This document shows, in pieces, positions 39,808-58,640 of a stretch of DNA of 64,000 nt. Source of the stretch: Nemertoderma westbladi (lineage: Eukaryota; Animalia; Xenacoelomorpha). The stretch lies in contig JAUCBJ010001577.1 of the NCBI GenBank assembly GCA_032718475.1, forward strand, positions 1-64,000, in the 5' to 3' direction. Every line of letters starts with the position of its first letter. Positions within the stretch are counted from its first letter, which is position 1. Under the pieces are notes generated by a model, which had not been told where the DNA came from, made no database searches, and saw only the letters and a list, made by a program, of their open reading frames with translations. The translations under genes and the position numbers were made by a program.

Positions 39808-42800
39808 GCCAACAATTCTTACAGTAATGAACCTCTCGGTTCCTAACTAGTGACGGGCCTAGCGGCCCGATAAGGAACCGACTTTTTATTTTAAATAAAA
39901 GAGACAACGAGAAATAGTATAGAACTAATAATTATGTAAAAATACAATCATATTTCATACAATAATTATTAATAAATTCGATCTATTATTAGTTGCTCAA
40001 TTCTAGAACAAAATCGACCTGCAACTAGTGAAGACCTCGTTTTGGAATTTCGAAACCACGCTGGTGCGATGCGCGATATCGTGTTTAGTTAATAAATTGA
40101 AAACTCCATCAATTCATGTGCAACCAGTAATAAGAAATCGCGATAAATGTAATTAAATAAAAATTATTCTAGAAAACTTTTCCTCAAAAAGTATGAAGTC
40201 TTGGCATTGGTGACGCGAAACTAGGCTATTGAGATTCAGGATATTGCGTTTAATATAAAAATCGAAAACGCTATCGAATTCCGTAAAGGCGTTAATAAAA
40301 TACTGCAACTTTTTTGAAATTTGTAAAATTCTAGAACTAGAAAAAATTAATTTTTGAACAGCGCTGTGTGGGGTTTCGAAACATGGATAGGCTGAAAGAG
40401 GACATCGAATTAAGTTGAAAAATGAAAACCCCATCGAATTTGGACAAAGCGTTCCGGAGTTATAGCGGATCAAAAAAAATTGACCCCCCCCAGTCGCCAA
40501 AAATTTACAGTAATTTAAAATTTTGCAAAAAAAAATTTTTGCGTTATTTTTGATGGCGAATCGATTGGCAGTACTGAGTACGAAAAATTTTTTTTGAAAT
40601 TTTTGGTCAGAAAAAAAAACATTGAAAAAGTATATTTTTAAAAAGATTTGTCTTTGCCTATGGTCAGAGAATGATCCAACTCTGTACTTGGCAATCGCTC
40701 AAATCCATTCAGCTGAATGCACAGTAGAGTAAACTAAAGTAAATTCCCTATACAATGTTCTGAAGGGGAGACTGACAGAGAGTAATCCAACAATAAAACA
40801 TTTTGCAATAATGTTGGCATTAATGTAGCCAACACACTGTGTACTAAACCGTCATTCAGCTTACATTAGCAGAGTGAGATATTCGCATAGAATGCATTGG
40901 GAAGAGTAATTCAGCTGAGGCGATAATAGATTTCAAACTAAACCAACCAGTTAATATTTGCTTTGACAGAGTGTCCTAGGGCCTAAACAAACAGTATGGG
41001 TGTACTGAGTACAATAATCTTGGCAACCTCATCGATTTATACTAAGCCTTGTGTAGAAATCCATTACATAAGCCATTTTTCATCACGACACCAGCTGTTA
41101 TTGGTGTTATTTTACCATTGCGCCTATGGCGTTTTTTCGTTTATGTCTATTTTTCGAGCCCACGGCTCATGGACGAAATAGCGGAACATACCAGGGACCT
41201 TAGAATCGCGGTATCCAGCCGCTGTGAAAATTTCATCAAAATCGTTAGAGTAGTTTTGGCTATAGATTAGCCAGTCAGCCAGTCAATCAGCCAACAATTC
41301 TTACAGTAATGAACCTCTCGGTTCCTGACTAGTGACGGGCCTAGCGGCCCGATAAGGAACCTACTTTTTATTTTAAATAAAAGAGACAACGAGAATTAGT
41401 ATAGAACTAATAATTATCTAAAAATACAATCATATTTCATACAATAATTATTAATAAATTCGATCCATTATTAGTTGCTCAATTCTAGAACAAAATCGAC
41501 CTGCAACTAGTGAAGACCTCGTTTTGGAATTTCGAAACCACGCTGGTGCGATGCGCGATATCGTGTTTAGTTAATAAATTGAAAACTCCATCAATTCATG
41601 TGCAATCAGTAATAAGAAATCGCGATAAATGTAATTAAATAAAAATTATTCTAGAAAAATTTTCCTCAAAAAGTATGAAATCTTGGCATTGGTGACGCGA
41701 AACTAGGCTAGTGAGATTCAGGATATTGCGTTTAATATAAAAATCGAAAAAGCTATCGAATTCCAAAAAGGCGTTAATAAAATACTGTAACTTTTTTGAA
41801 ATTTGTAAAATTCTAGAACTAGAAAAAATTTATTTTTGAACGGCGCTGTTTGGGGTTTCGAAACATGGATAGGCTGAAAGAGGACATCGAATTAAGTTGA
41901 AAAATGAAAACCCCATCGAATTTGGACAAAGCGTTCCGGAGTTATAGCGGATCGAAAAAAATTGACCCCCCCCCCAGTCGCCAAAAATTTACAGTAATTT
42001 AAAATTTTGCAAAAAAAAATTTTTGCGTTATTTTTGATGGCGAATCGATTGGCAGTACTGGCTAAGAAAAAATTTTTTTTGAAATTTTTGGTCAGAAAAA
42101 AAAACATGGAAAAAGTATATTTTTAAAAAGATTTGATGTCTTTGCCTATGGTCAGAGAATGATCCAACTCTGTAACTTGGCAATCGCTCAAATCCATTCA
42201 GCTGAATGGCACAGTAGAGTAAACTAAAGTAAATTCCCTATACAATGTTCTGAAGGGGAGACTGACAGAGAGTAATCCAACAATAAAACATTTTGCAATA
42301 ATGTTGGCATTAATGTAGCCAACTCACTGTGTACGTAAGAGTCATTCAGCTTACATTAGCAGAGTGAGATATTCGCATAGATTTGCATTGGGAAGAGTAA
42401 TTCAGCTGAGGCGATATTAGATTTCAAACTAAACCAACTCGTTAATGTTTGCTTTGACAGAGAGTGGTGGCCTATACAAACAGTATGGGTGTACTAAGTA
42501 CAATAATCTTGGCAACCTCATCGATTTATACTAAGCCTTGTGTAGAAATCCATTACATAAGCCATTTTTCATCCTGACACCAGCTGTTATTGGTGTTATT
42601 TTACCATTGCGTCTATGGCGTTTTTTCGTTTATGTCTATTTTTCGAGCCCACGGCTCATGGACGAAATAGCGGAACATCCAGGGACCTTAGAATCGCGGT
42701 ATCTAGCCGCTGTGAAAATTTCATCAAAATCGTTAGAGTAGTTTTGGCTGTAGATCAGTCAGCCAGCCAGTCAGCCAGCCAGCCAGCCAGTCAGTCAACA

Positions 42801-45800
42801 ATTCTTACAGTAATGAACCTCTCGGTTCCTAATAACTAGTGACGGGCCTAGCGGCCCGATAAGGAACCGACTTTTTATTTTAAATAAAAGAGACAACGAG
42901 AATTAGTATAGAACTAATAATTATGTAAAAATACAATCATATTTCATACAATAATTATTATTAATAAATTTGATCTGTTATTAGTTGCTCAATTCTAGAA
43001 CAAAATCGACCTGCAACTAGTGAAGACCTCGTTTTGGAATTTCGAAACCACGCTGGTGTGATGCGCGATATCGTGTTTAGTTAATAAATTGAAAACTCCA
43101 TCAGTTCATGTGCAACCAGTAATAAGAAATCGCGATAAAGTAATTAAATAAAAATTATTCTAGAAAAATTTTCCTCAAAAAGTATGAAGTCTTGGCATTG
43201 GTGACGCGAAACTAGGCTAGTGAGATTCAGGATATTGCGTTTAATATAAAAATCGAAAACGCTATCGAATTCCGTAAAGGCGTTAATAAAATACTGCAAC
43301 TTTTTTGAAATTTGTAAAATTCTAGAACTAGAAAAAATGAACGGCGCTGTTTGGGGTTTCGAAACATGGATAGGCTGAAAGAGGACATCGAATTAAGTTG
43401 AAAAATGAAAACCCCATCGAATTTGGACAACGCGTTCTGGAGTTATAGCGGATCGAAAAAAATTGACCCCCCCCAGTCGCCAAAAATTTACAGTAATTTA
43501 AAATTTTGCAAAAAAAATTTTTTGCGTTATTTTTGATGGCGAATCGATTGGCAGTACTGGCTACGAAAAATTTTTTTTTGAAATTTTTGGTCAGAAAAAA
43601 AAACATGGAAAAAGTATATTTTTAAAAAGATTTGATATCTTTGCAGAGAATGATCCAACTCTGTAACTTGGCAATCGCTCAAATCCATTCAGCTGAATGG
43701 CACAGTAGAGTAAATTAAAGTAAATTCCCTATACAATGTTCTGAAGGGGTGACTGACAGAGAGTAATCCAACAATAAAACATTTTGCAATAATGTTGGCA
43801 TTAATGTAGCCAACTCACTGTGTACGTAACAGTCATTCAGCTTACATTAGCAGAGTGAGATATTCGCATAGAATGCATTGGGAAGAGTAATTCAGCTGAG
43901 GCGATATTAGATTTCAAACTAAACCAACCAGTTAATAATGTTTGCTTTGACAGAGAGTGGTGGCCTATACAAACAGTATGGGTGTACTGAGTATAATAAT
44001 CTTGGCAACCTCATCGATTTATTACTAAGCCTTCTGTAGAAATGCATTACATAAGCCATTTTTCATCACGACACCAGCTGTTATTGGTGTTATTTTACCA
44101 TTGCGCCTATGGCGTTTTTTCGTTTATGTCTATTTTTCGAGCCCACGGCTCATGGACGAAATAGCGGAACATACCAGGGACCTTAGAATCGCGGTATCCA
44201 GCCGCTGTGAAAATTTCATCAAAATCGTTAGAGTAGTTTTGGCTGTAGATCAGTCAGTCAGCCAGTCAGCTAACAATTCTTACAGTAATGAACCTCTCGG
44301 TTCCTAACTAGTGACGGGCCTAGCGGCCCGATAAGGAACCGACTTTTTATTTCAAATAAAAGAGACAACGAGAATTATTATAGAACTAATAATTATGTAA
44401 AAATACAATCTTATTTCATACAATAATTAAATAAATTCGATCTATTATTAGTTACTCAATTCTAGAACAAAATTGACCTGCAACTAGTGAAGACCTCGTT
44501 TTGGAATTTCGAAACCACGCTGGTGCGATGCGCGATATCGTGTTTAGTTAATAAATTGAAAACTCCATCAATTCAAGTGCAACCAGTAATAAGAAATCGC
44601 GATAAATGTAATTAAATAAAAATTATTCTAGAAAAATTTTCCTCAAAAAGTATGAAGTCTTGGCGTTGGTGACGCGAAACTAGGCTAGTGAGATTCAGGA
44701 TATTGCGTTTAATATAAAAATCGAAAACGCTATCGAATTCCGTAAAGGGGTTAATAAAATACTGCAACTTTTTTGAAATTTGTAAAATTCTAGAACTGGA
44801 AAAAATTAATTTTTGAACGGCGCTGTTTGGGGTTTGGAAACATGGATAGGCTGAAAGAGGACATCAAATTAAGTTGAAAAATGAAAACCCCATCGAATTT
44901 GGACAAAGCATTCCGGAGTTATAGCGGATCGAAAAAAATTGACCCCCCCCCAGTCGCCAAAAATTTACAGTAATTTAAAATTTTGCAAAAAAAATTTTTT
45001 GCGTTATTTTTGATGGCGAATCGATTGGCAGTACTGGCTACGAAAAATTTTTTTTTGAAATTTTTGGTCAGAAAAAAAAACATGGAAAAAGTATATTTTT
45101 AAAAACATTTGATGTCTTTGCCTATGGTCAGAGAATGATCCAACTCTGTAACTTGGCAATCGCTCAAATCCATTCAGCTGAATGGCACAGTAGAGTAAAC
45201 TAAAGTAAGTTCCCTATACAATGTTCTGAAGGGGTGACTGACAGAGAGTAATCCAACAATAAAACATTTTGCAATAATGTTGGCATTAATGTAGCCAACT
45301 CACTGTGTAAGTAACAGTCATTCAGCTTACATTAGCAGAGTGAGATATTCCCATACAATGCATTGGGAAGAGTAATTCAGCTGAGGCGATATTCGATTTC
45401 AAACTAAAGCAACCAGTTAATATTTGCTTTGACAGAGTGTCCTAGGGCCTAAACAAACAGTATGGGTGTACTGAGTACAATAATCTTGGCAACCTCATCG
45501 ATTTATACTAAGCCTTGTGTAGAAATCCATTACATAAGCCATTTTTCATCACGACACCAGCTGTTATTGGTGTTATTTTACCATTGCGCGTATGGCGTTT
45601 TTTCGTTTATGTCTATTTTTCGAGCCCACGGCTCATGGACGAAATAGCGGAACATACCAGGGACCTTAGAATCGCGGTATCTAGCCGCTGTGAAAAGAGT
45701 AGTTTTGGCTGTAGGTCAGTCAGTCAGTCAGCCAGTCAATCAATCAGCAAACAATTCTTACAGTAATGAACCTCTCGGTTCCTAACTAGTGACGGGCCTA

Positions 45801-45919
45801 GCGGCCCGATAAGGAACCGACTTTTTATTTCAAATAAAAGAGACAACGAGCTCGGCTCGGTCTTGCACGATTGGGCACGATTAAGTTCGACTTGGCTTGA
45901 TCGGCTCGGTTTGGCTCGA

Positions 45920-47194
45920 TTAGGCTCGGCCTGGCTCGGCTCGGCTCGGCTCGGCCCGGCCCGGCTCGGCTCGGCTCGGCCCGGCCCGGCTCGGCTTGGC
46001 CCGGCTCGGCTTGGCCCGGCTCGGCTCGGCTCGGCTCGGCTCGGCTCGGCTCGGCTCGGCTCGGCACGGCTCGGCACGGCTCGGTTCGGCTCGGCTCGAC
46101 TCGGCTCGGCTCGGCTCGGCTTGGCTTGGCTCGGCTCGGCTCGGCTCGGCTCGGCTCGGCTCGGCTCGGCTCGGCTCGGCTCGGTTCGGCTCGGTTCGGC
46201 TCGGCTCGGCTCGGCTCGGCTCGGCTCGGCTCGGCTCGGCTCGGCTCGGCTCGGCTCGGTTCGGTTCGGCCCGGCTCGGCTCGGCTTGGCCCGGCTCGGC
46301 CCGGCTCGGCTCGGCTCGGCCCGGCTCGGCTCGGCTCGGCTCGGCTCGGCTCGGCTCGGCTCGGCTCGGCTCGGCTCGGCTCGGCTCGGCTCGGCTCGGC
46401 TCGGCTCGGCTCGGCTCGGTTCGGCTCAGCTCGGCTCTGCTCGGCTCGGCCCGGCTCGGCTCGGCTCGGCTTGGCCCGGCTCGGCTCGGCTCGGCTCGGC
46501 TCGGCTCAGCTCGGCTCGGTTCGGCTCAGCTCGGCTCGGCTCGGCTCGGCTCGACTCGGCTCGGCTCGGCTCCGCTCGGCTTGGCTCGGCCTGGCTCGGT
46601 TCGGCTCAGCTCGGCTCGGCTCGGCTCGGCTCGGCTCGGCTCGGATCGGCTCGGCTCGGCTCGGCTCGGCTCGGCTCGGCTCGGCTCGGCTCGGCTCGGC
46701 TCGGCTCGGCTCGGTTCGGCTCAGCTCGGCTCGGCTCGGCTCGGCTCGGCTCGGCTCCGCTCGGCTTGGCTCGGCCTGGCTCGGCTTGGCTCGGCTCGGT
46801 TCGGCCCGGCTCAGCTCGGCTCGGCTCGGCTCGGCTCCGCTCGGCTTGGCTCGGCCTGGCTCGGCTCGGCTCGGTTCAGCTCGGCTCGGCTGGGTTCGGC
46901 CCGGCTCGGCTCGGCTCGGCTCGGCTCGGCTCGGCTCGGCTCGGCTCGGCTCGGCTCGGCTCGGCACGGCTCGGCTCGGCACGGCTTGGCTCGGCTCGGC
47001 TCGGCTCGGCTCGGCCTGGCTCGGCTCGGCTCGGTTCAGCTCGGCTCGGCTCGGTTCGGCCCGGCTCGGCTCGGCTCGGCTCGGCTCGGCTCGGCTCGGC
47101 ACGGCTCGGCTCGGCTCGGCACAGCTTGGCTCGGCTCGGCTCGGCTCGGCTCGGCTCGGCTCGGCTCGGCTCGGCTCGGCTCGGCTCGGCTCGG
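45920..47194. repeat. Nearly pure (CTCGG)n array, ~1.27 kb
   Basis: Direct reading. It produces the spurious ARLGS/AEPSR ORFs. Confidence 0.97.
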
Positions 47195-50100
47195 TCTGAG
47201 TCGACTCCCCGTGCTGCTCGAAGGGCGCAAATACATATATCGAAGGGTCAAAGCAAAACTCACGTGCTGCTCGAAGGGACAAAGTCAAACAATGTGTCTA
47301 TTATTTGATGTAATTCACGTGCTGCTCGAAGGGCGCAAATACATATATCGAAGGGTCAAAGCAAAACTCACGTGCTGCTCGAAGGGACAAAGTCAAACAT
47401 TGTGTCTATTATTTGATCATCTCACGTGCTGCTAGAAGGGCGCAACTACATATATCGAAACAAGCCCCTGTCTTGTATTTTAATTATATCAGAAATCGTT
47501 GCCTTCAGTACAAATATCTAAAAATTCATTCACCTGAAGTATGGGTAACATTATAAATTCGTTTTTCGCACAGTAGAGTTAACTAAGCAAATACCCTCCA
47601 GGTTGACTGAATGATTCTATTAATGTTTGCCATGCATAATGTACTATATTTGGGTCCCATGACCCACCCCATTGAACAGCTTTGCTTACATCTGATAGAA
47701 AGTAATCCCAAATTAACTTCCCTCTACGAAAATTATTTTAATTAAATACATACAACATAGCAGTCAACTCTGCTATCAACAGTACACAATAACTAAAATG
47801 GCATTCAGCTTACCAGCTATTCGCATTAAGCTAATAGATATTCGATTTCATTGGATTCAGTGAGTGTGTGAGGGCTATTGGGAGAGCAATCTGCTTATGA
47901 TGTAATACATTAGAATCCCACAGCTTTTGTTTGCTTACTGTCTGAGTTGTAGAGTGAGGATAATACTTGGCAGAGAAAGCATTTCCTTGTCAGGTGGCCA
48001 TTCCTATAGAATAGCATTACTAGGCCATCTCTATGCATTTTTCATGAGTGCCAGCTGGTGTTTTTATCATTGCGCCTACGGCGTTTTTTCGTTTACGTCT
48101 ATTTTTCGAGCCCACGGCTCATGGACGAAATAGCGGAACATACCAGGGACCTTAGAATCGCGGTATCTAGCCGCTGTGAAAATTTCATCAAAATCGTTAG
48201 AGTAGTTTTGGCTGTAGATCAGTCAGTCAGCCAGCCAGCCAGCCAGCCAGCCACGAGCAATTCTTACAGTAATGAACCTCTCGGTTCCTAACTAGTGACG
48301 GGCCTAGCGGCCCGATAAGGAACCGACTTTTTACTTGCTAATTTTAATGAAAGAGACAACGAGAATTAGTATAGAACTAATAATTATGTAAAAATACAAT
48401 CATATTTCATACAATAATTATTAATAAATTCGATCTATTATTAGTTGCTCAATTCTAGAACAAAATCGACCTGCAACTAGTGAAGACCTAATTTTGGAAT
48501 TTCGAAACCACGCTGGTGCGATGCGCGATATCGTGTTTAGTTAATAAATCGAAAACTCCATCAATTCATGTGCAACCAGTAATAAGAAATCGCGATAAAT
48601 GTAATTAAATAAAAATTATTCTAGAAAAATTTTCCTCAAAAAGTATGAAGTCTTGGCATTGGTAACGCGAAACTAGGCTAGTGAGATTCAGGATATTGCG
48701 TTTAATATAAAAATCGAAAACGCTATCGAATTCCGTAAAGGCGTTAATAAAATACTGCAACTTTTTTGAAATTTGTAAAATTCTAGAACTAGAAAAAATT
48801 AAATTTTGAACGGCGCTGTTTGGGGTTTCGAAACATGGATAGGCTGAAAGAGGACATCGAATTAAGTTGAAAAATAAAAACCCCGTCGAATTTGGACAAA
48901 GCGTTCCGGAGTTATAGCGGATCGAAAAAAATTGACCCCCCCCCCAGTCGCCAAAAATTTACAGTAATTTAAAATTTTGCAAAGAAAATTTTTTGCGTTA
49001 TTTTTGATGGCGAATCGATTGGCAGTACTGGCTAAGAAAATTTTTTTTTTCAAATTTTTGGTCAGAAAAAAAAACATTGAAAAAGTATCTTTTTAAAAAG
49101 ATTTGATGTCTTTGCCTATGGTCAGATAATGATCCAACTCTGTAACTTGGCAATCGCTCAAATCCATTCAGCTGAATGGCACAGTAGAGTAAACTAAAGT
49201 AAATTCCCTATACAATGTTCTGAAGGGGAGACTGACAGAGAGTAATCCAACAATAAAACACTTTGCAATAATGTTGGCATTAATGTAGCCAAGAAGTGAT
49301 TTTTATATTTCAAACTATAATGTTAGTCTTAGCCTTACAGAGTATCAGTATAAGGCTGAGTAAACATTCCACCTTATAAGCATACAGCCTCCACAGTATT
49401 AATGTTGGCATTAATGTAGCCGATACACTGTATACCTAATAGTCATTCAGTAGGGGGTAGAGTTATTCAGCTGAGGCGGTAATAGATTGCAAACTAAACC
49501 AACCAGTTGGCAGCCTCATCGATTTATACTAAGCCTGTGTAGAACCACAAACTAAATCAACCAGTTAATATTTGCTTTGACAGAGAGTGCAGGGCCTAAA
49601 CAAACAGTATGGGTGTACTAAGTACAATAATCTTGGCAACCTCATCGATTTATATTAAGCCTTGTGTAGAAATGCATTACATAAGCCATTTTTCATCAGG
49701 ACACCAGCTGTCATGGGTGTTATTTTACCATTGCGCCTATGGCGTTTTTTCGTTTATCTCTATTTTTCGAGCCCACGGCTCATGGACGAAATAGCGGAAC
49801 ATACCAGGGACCTTAGAATCGCGGTATCTAGCCGCTGTGAAAATTTCATCAAAATCGTTAGAGTAGTTTTGGCTGTAGATCAGCCAGCCAGCCAGCCAGC
49901 CAGTCAGCCACGAGCAATTCTTACAGTAATGAACCTCTCGGTTCCTAACTAGTGACGGGCCTAGCGGCCCGATAAGGAACCGACTTTTTATTTTAAATAA
50001 AAGAGACAACGAGAATTAGTATAGAACTAATAATTATGTACAAATACAATCATATTCCATACAATAATTATTAATAAATTCGATCTATTATTAGTTGCTC

Positions 50101-53100
50101 AATTCTAGAACAAAATCGACCTGCAACTAGTGAAGACCTCGTTTTGGAATTTTAAAACCACGCTGGTGCGATACGCGATATCGTGTTTAGTTAATAAATT
50201 GAAAACTCCATCAATTCATGTGCAACCAGTAATAAGAAATCGCGATAAAAGTAATTAAATAAAAATTATTCTAGAAAAATTTTCTTCAAAAAGTATGAAG
50301 TCTTGGCGTTGGTGACGCGAAACTAGGCTTGTGAGATTCAGGATATTGCGTTTAATATAAGAATCGAAAACGCTATCGAATTCCGTAAAGGCGTTAATAA
50401 AATACTGCAACTTTTTTGAAATTTGTAAAATTCTAGAACTAGAAAAAATTAAATTTTGAACGGCGCTGTTTGGGGTTTCGAAACATGGATAGACTGAAAG
50501 AGGACATCGAATTAAGTTGAAAAATAAAAACCCCATCGAATTTGGACAAAGCGTTCCGGAGTTATAGCGGATCGAAAAAAATTTACCCCCCCCAGTCGCC
50601 AAAAATTTACAGTAATTTAAAATTTTGCAAAAAAAATTTTTTTGCGTTATTTTTGATGGCAAATCGATTGACAGTACTGGCTATGAAAAAATTTTATTGA
50701 AATTTTTGGTCAGAAAATAAAACATGGAAAAAGTATCTTTTTAAAAAGATTTGATGTCTTTGCCTATGGTCAGAGAATGATCCAACTCTGTAACTTGGCA
50801 ATCGCTCATATCCATTCAGCTGAATGGCACAGTAGAGTAAACTAAAGTATATTCCCTATACAATGTTCTGAAGGGGAGACTGACAGAGAGTCCAACAATA
50901 AAACATTTTGCAATAATGTTGACATTAATGTAGCCAACTCACTGTGTACTTAAGTCATTCAGCTTACATTAGCAGAGGGAGATATTCCCATAGAGTGCGC
51001 ATTGGGAAGAGTAATTCAGCTGAGGCAATAATAGATTTCAAACTAAACCAACCAGTTAATATTTGCTTTGACAGAGTGTCCTAGGGCCTAAACAAACAGT
51101 ATGGGTGTACTAAGTACAATAATCTTGGCAACCTCATCGATTTATACTAAGCCTTGTGTAGAAATCCATTACATAAGCCATTTTTCATCATGACACCAGC
51201 TGTTATTGGTGTTATTTTACCATTGCGCCTATGGCGTTTTTTCGTTTATGTCTATTTTTCGAGCCCACGGCTCATGGACGAAATAGCGGAACATACCAGG
51301 GACCTTAGAATCGCGGTATCCAGCCGCTGTGAAAATTTCATCAAAATCGTTAGAGTAGTTTTGGCTATAGATTAACCAGCCAGTCAATCAATCAGCCAAC
51401 AATTCTTACAGTAATGAACCTCTCGGTTCCTAACTAGTGACGGGCCTAGCGGCCCGATAAGGAACCGACTTTTTATTTCAAATAAAAGAGACAACGAGAA
51501 TTATTATAGAACTAATAATTATGTAAAAATACAATCTTATTTCATACAATAATTAAATAAATTCGATCTATTATTAGTTACTCAATTCTAGAACAAAATT
51601 GACCTGCAACTAGTGAAGACCTCGTTTTGGAATTTCGAAACCACGCTGGTGCGATGCGCGATATCGTGTTTAGTTAATAAATTGAAAACTCCATCAATTC
51701 AAGTGCAACCAGTAATAAGAAATCGCGATAAATGTAATTAAATAAAAATTATTCTAGAAAAATTTTCCTCAAAAAGTATGAAGTCTTGGCGTTGGTGACG
51801 CGAAACTAGGCTAGTGAGATTCAGGATATTGCGTTTAATATAAAAATCGAAAACGCTATCGAATTCCGTAAAGGGGTTAATAAAATACTGCAACTTTTTT
51901 GAAATTTGTAAAATTCTAGAACTGGAAAAAATTAATTTTTGAACGGCGCTGTTTGGGGTTTGGAAACATGGATAGGCTGAAAGAGGACATCAAATTAAGT
52001 TGAAAAATGAAAACCCCATCGAATTTGGACAAAGCATTCCGGAGTTATAGCGGATCGAAAAAAATTGACCCCCCCCAGTCGCCAAAAATTTACAGTAATT
52101 TAAAATTTTGCAAAAAAAATTTTTTGCGTTATTTTTGATGGCGAATCGATTGGCAGTACTGGCTACGAAAAATTTTTTTTTGAAATTTTTGGTCAGAAAA
52201 AAAAACATGGAAAAAGTATATTTTTAAAAACATTTGATGTCTTTGCCTATGGTCAGAGAATGATCCAACTCTGTAACTTGGCAATCGCTCAAATCCATTC
52301 AGCTGAATGGCACAGTAGAGTAAACTAAAGTAAGTTCCCTATACAATGTTCTGAAGGGGTGACTGACAGAGAGTAATCCAACAATAAAACATTTTGCAAT
52401 AATGTTGGCATTAATGTAGCCAACTCACTGTGTAAGTAACAGTCATTCAGCTTACATTAGCAGAGTGAGATATTCCCATACAATGCATTGGGAAGAGTAA
52501 TTCAGCTGAGGCGATATTCGATTTCAAACTAAAGCAACCAGTTAATATTTGCTTTGACAGAGTGTCCTAGGGCCTAAACAAACAGTATGGGTGTACTGAG
52601 TACAATAATCTTGGCAACCTCATCGATTTATACTAAGCCTTGTGTAGAAATCCATTACATAAGCCATTTTTCATCACGACACCAGCTGTTATTGGTGTTA
52701 TTTTACCATTGCGCCTATGGCGTTTTTTCGTTTATGTCTATTTTTCGAGCCCACGGCTCATGGACGAAATAGCGGAACATACCAGGGACCTTAGAATCGC
52801 GGTATCTAGCCGCTGTGAAAATTTCATCAAAATCGTTAGAGTAGTTTTGGCTGTAGGTCAGTCAGTCAGTCAGCCAGTCAATCAATCAGCAAACAATTCT
52901 TACAGTAATGAACCTCTCGGTTCCTAACTAGTGACGGGCCTAGCGACCCGATAAGGAACCGACTTTTTACTAGAGACGGCGTCAAGACGCCGCTAAGCAA
53001 GTCGGAAGTCGTCAATCAAAGGTAAGTTCCCTCAACAATGTTTACCTTTGTTCAGAAGGGAAGTGTTATTTATCTATGGTCAGAGAGAGATCCCACTCTG

Positions 53101-53244
53101 TAATTTGGCAATTGCTCAAATCCATTCAGCTGAATGACTCAGTAGAGTAAACTAAAGTAAATTCCCTCAGCCTCAACAATGTTTGCCTATGGTGTGAAGG
53201 GAATCTGACAGAGAATAATCTTAGCCACTAAATGTCATTCACCT

Positions 53245-53910
53245 AACAAAACATTTTGAATGCCACAGTGATTAACCCAATACAGATAATAAGCAGTTAT
53301 TTTTATATTTCAAACTATAATGTTAGTGTAAGCCTTACAGAGTATCAGTATGAGGCTGAGTAAACATTCCGCCTTATAAGCATACAGCCTCCACAGTATT
53401 AATGTTGGCCAAAAGATTTAAAAATAAAATACAGTGCAATAGTACTCTGTAACCTACAGTCATTCAGCTTGCACTAAATATCAATCACCTATAAAACATT
53501 TAAACATTTTGAATGCCACAGTGTGTAACCTGATACAGATAATAAGCAGTGATTTTTATGTTTTAAACTATAACGTTAGTGTTAGCCTTACAGTGTATCA
53601 GTATGAAGCTGAGTAAACATTCGCCTTATAAGCATACAACCTCCAAAGTATTAATGTTGGACGAAAGATTTAAAAATAAAATACAGTGCAGTAGTACTCT
53701 GTAACTAACAGTCATTCAGCTTGCACTAAATGTCCATCACCTATAAAACATTTTGAATGCCACAGTGATTATTAACCCAATACAGATAATAAGAAGTGAT
53801 TTTTATATTTCAAACTATAATGTTAGTCTTAGCCTTACAAAGTATCAGTATAAGGCTGAGTAAACATTCCACCTTATAAGCATACAGCCTCCACAGTATT
53901 AATGTTGGCA
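53245..53910. repeat. Three tandem ~250-bp internal subrepeats in the nested B element
   Basis: aaacattttgaatgccacagtg...tacagataataag at ~53248, ~53502 and ~53746; a single copy in the B unit at 18179. Confidence 0.8.
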
Positions 53911-54687
53911 TAATGTAGCCGATACACTGTATACCTAATAGTCATTCAGCAGGGGGAAGAGTTACTCAGCTGAGGCGGTAATAGATTGCAAACTAAACCA
54001 ACCAGTTGGCAGCCTCATCGATTTATACTAAGCCTGTGTAGAACCACAAACTAAATCAACCAGTTAATATTTGCTTTGACAGAGAGTGCAGGGCCTAAAC
54101 AAACAGTATGGGTGTACTAAGTACAATAATCTTGGCAACCTCATCGATTTATACTAAGCCTTGTGTAGAAATGCATTACATAAGCCATTTTTCATCAGGA
54201 CACCAGCTGTCATGGGTGTTATTTTACCATTGCGCCTATGGCGTTTTTTTCGTTATCTCTATTTTTCGAGCCCAGAGGCTATGGACGGAGTAGCCGATCA
54301 TGCCAGGGACCTTAGAATCGCGGTATCTAGATGCTGTGAAAATTTCATCAAAATCGTTAGAGCAGTTTTGGCTGTAGATCAGCCAGCCAGTCAGTCAGTC
54401 AGCCAGTCAGCTAACAATTCTTACAGATTCTAGATTCATGTTAAAAATTCTAGAATATAGAGTAAGAGAGGGTGACTAAATTTTAAGAGTTAATTTACGC
54501 ATAGCTAACCCTCAGGCATATAATAACTTGTAACTCCACAGATTATTTATTTAGGGGCGATATATTTAAAAATTTAAGCTGCTAAATAAAGAAACCGGAT
54601 AAAGAACACAAATAATAAGAGCAAACGCTTTTTAATGCTGAAATAAGATTGTAAACCTAAAAATCAAGCAAAACCAAACTAGGTTCA

Positions 54688-58640
<3,953 letters not shown>

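Noticed and set aside
54427-54687. HDV-like ribozyme in the retrotransposon 5' UTR
   Set aside because: The region is very AT-rich and I could not trace the nested pseudoknot by eye. A motif search would be needed.
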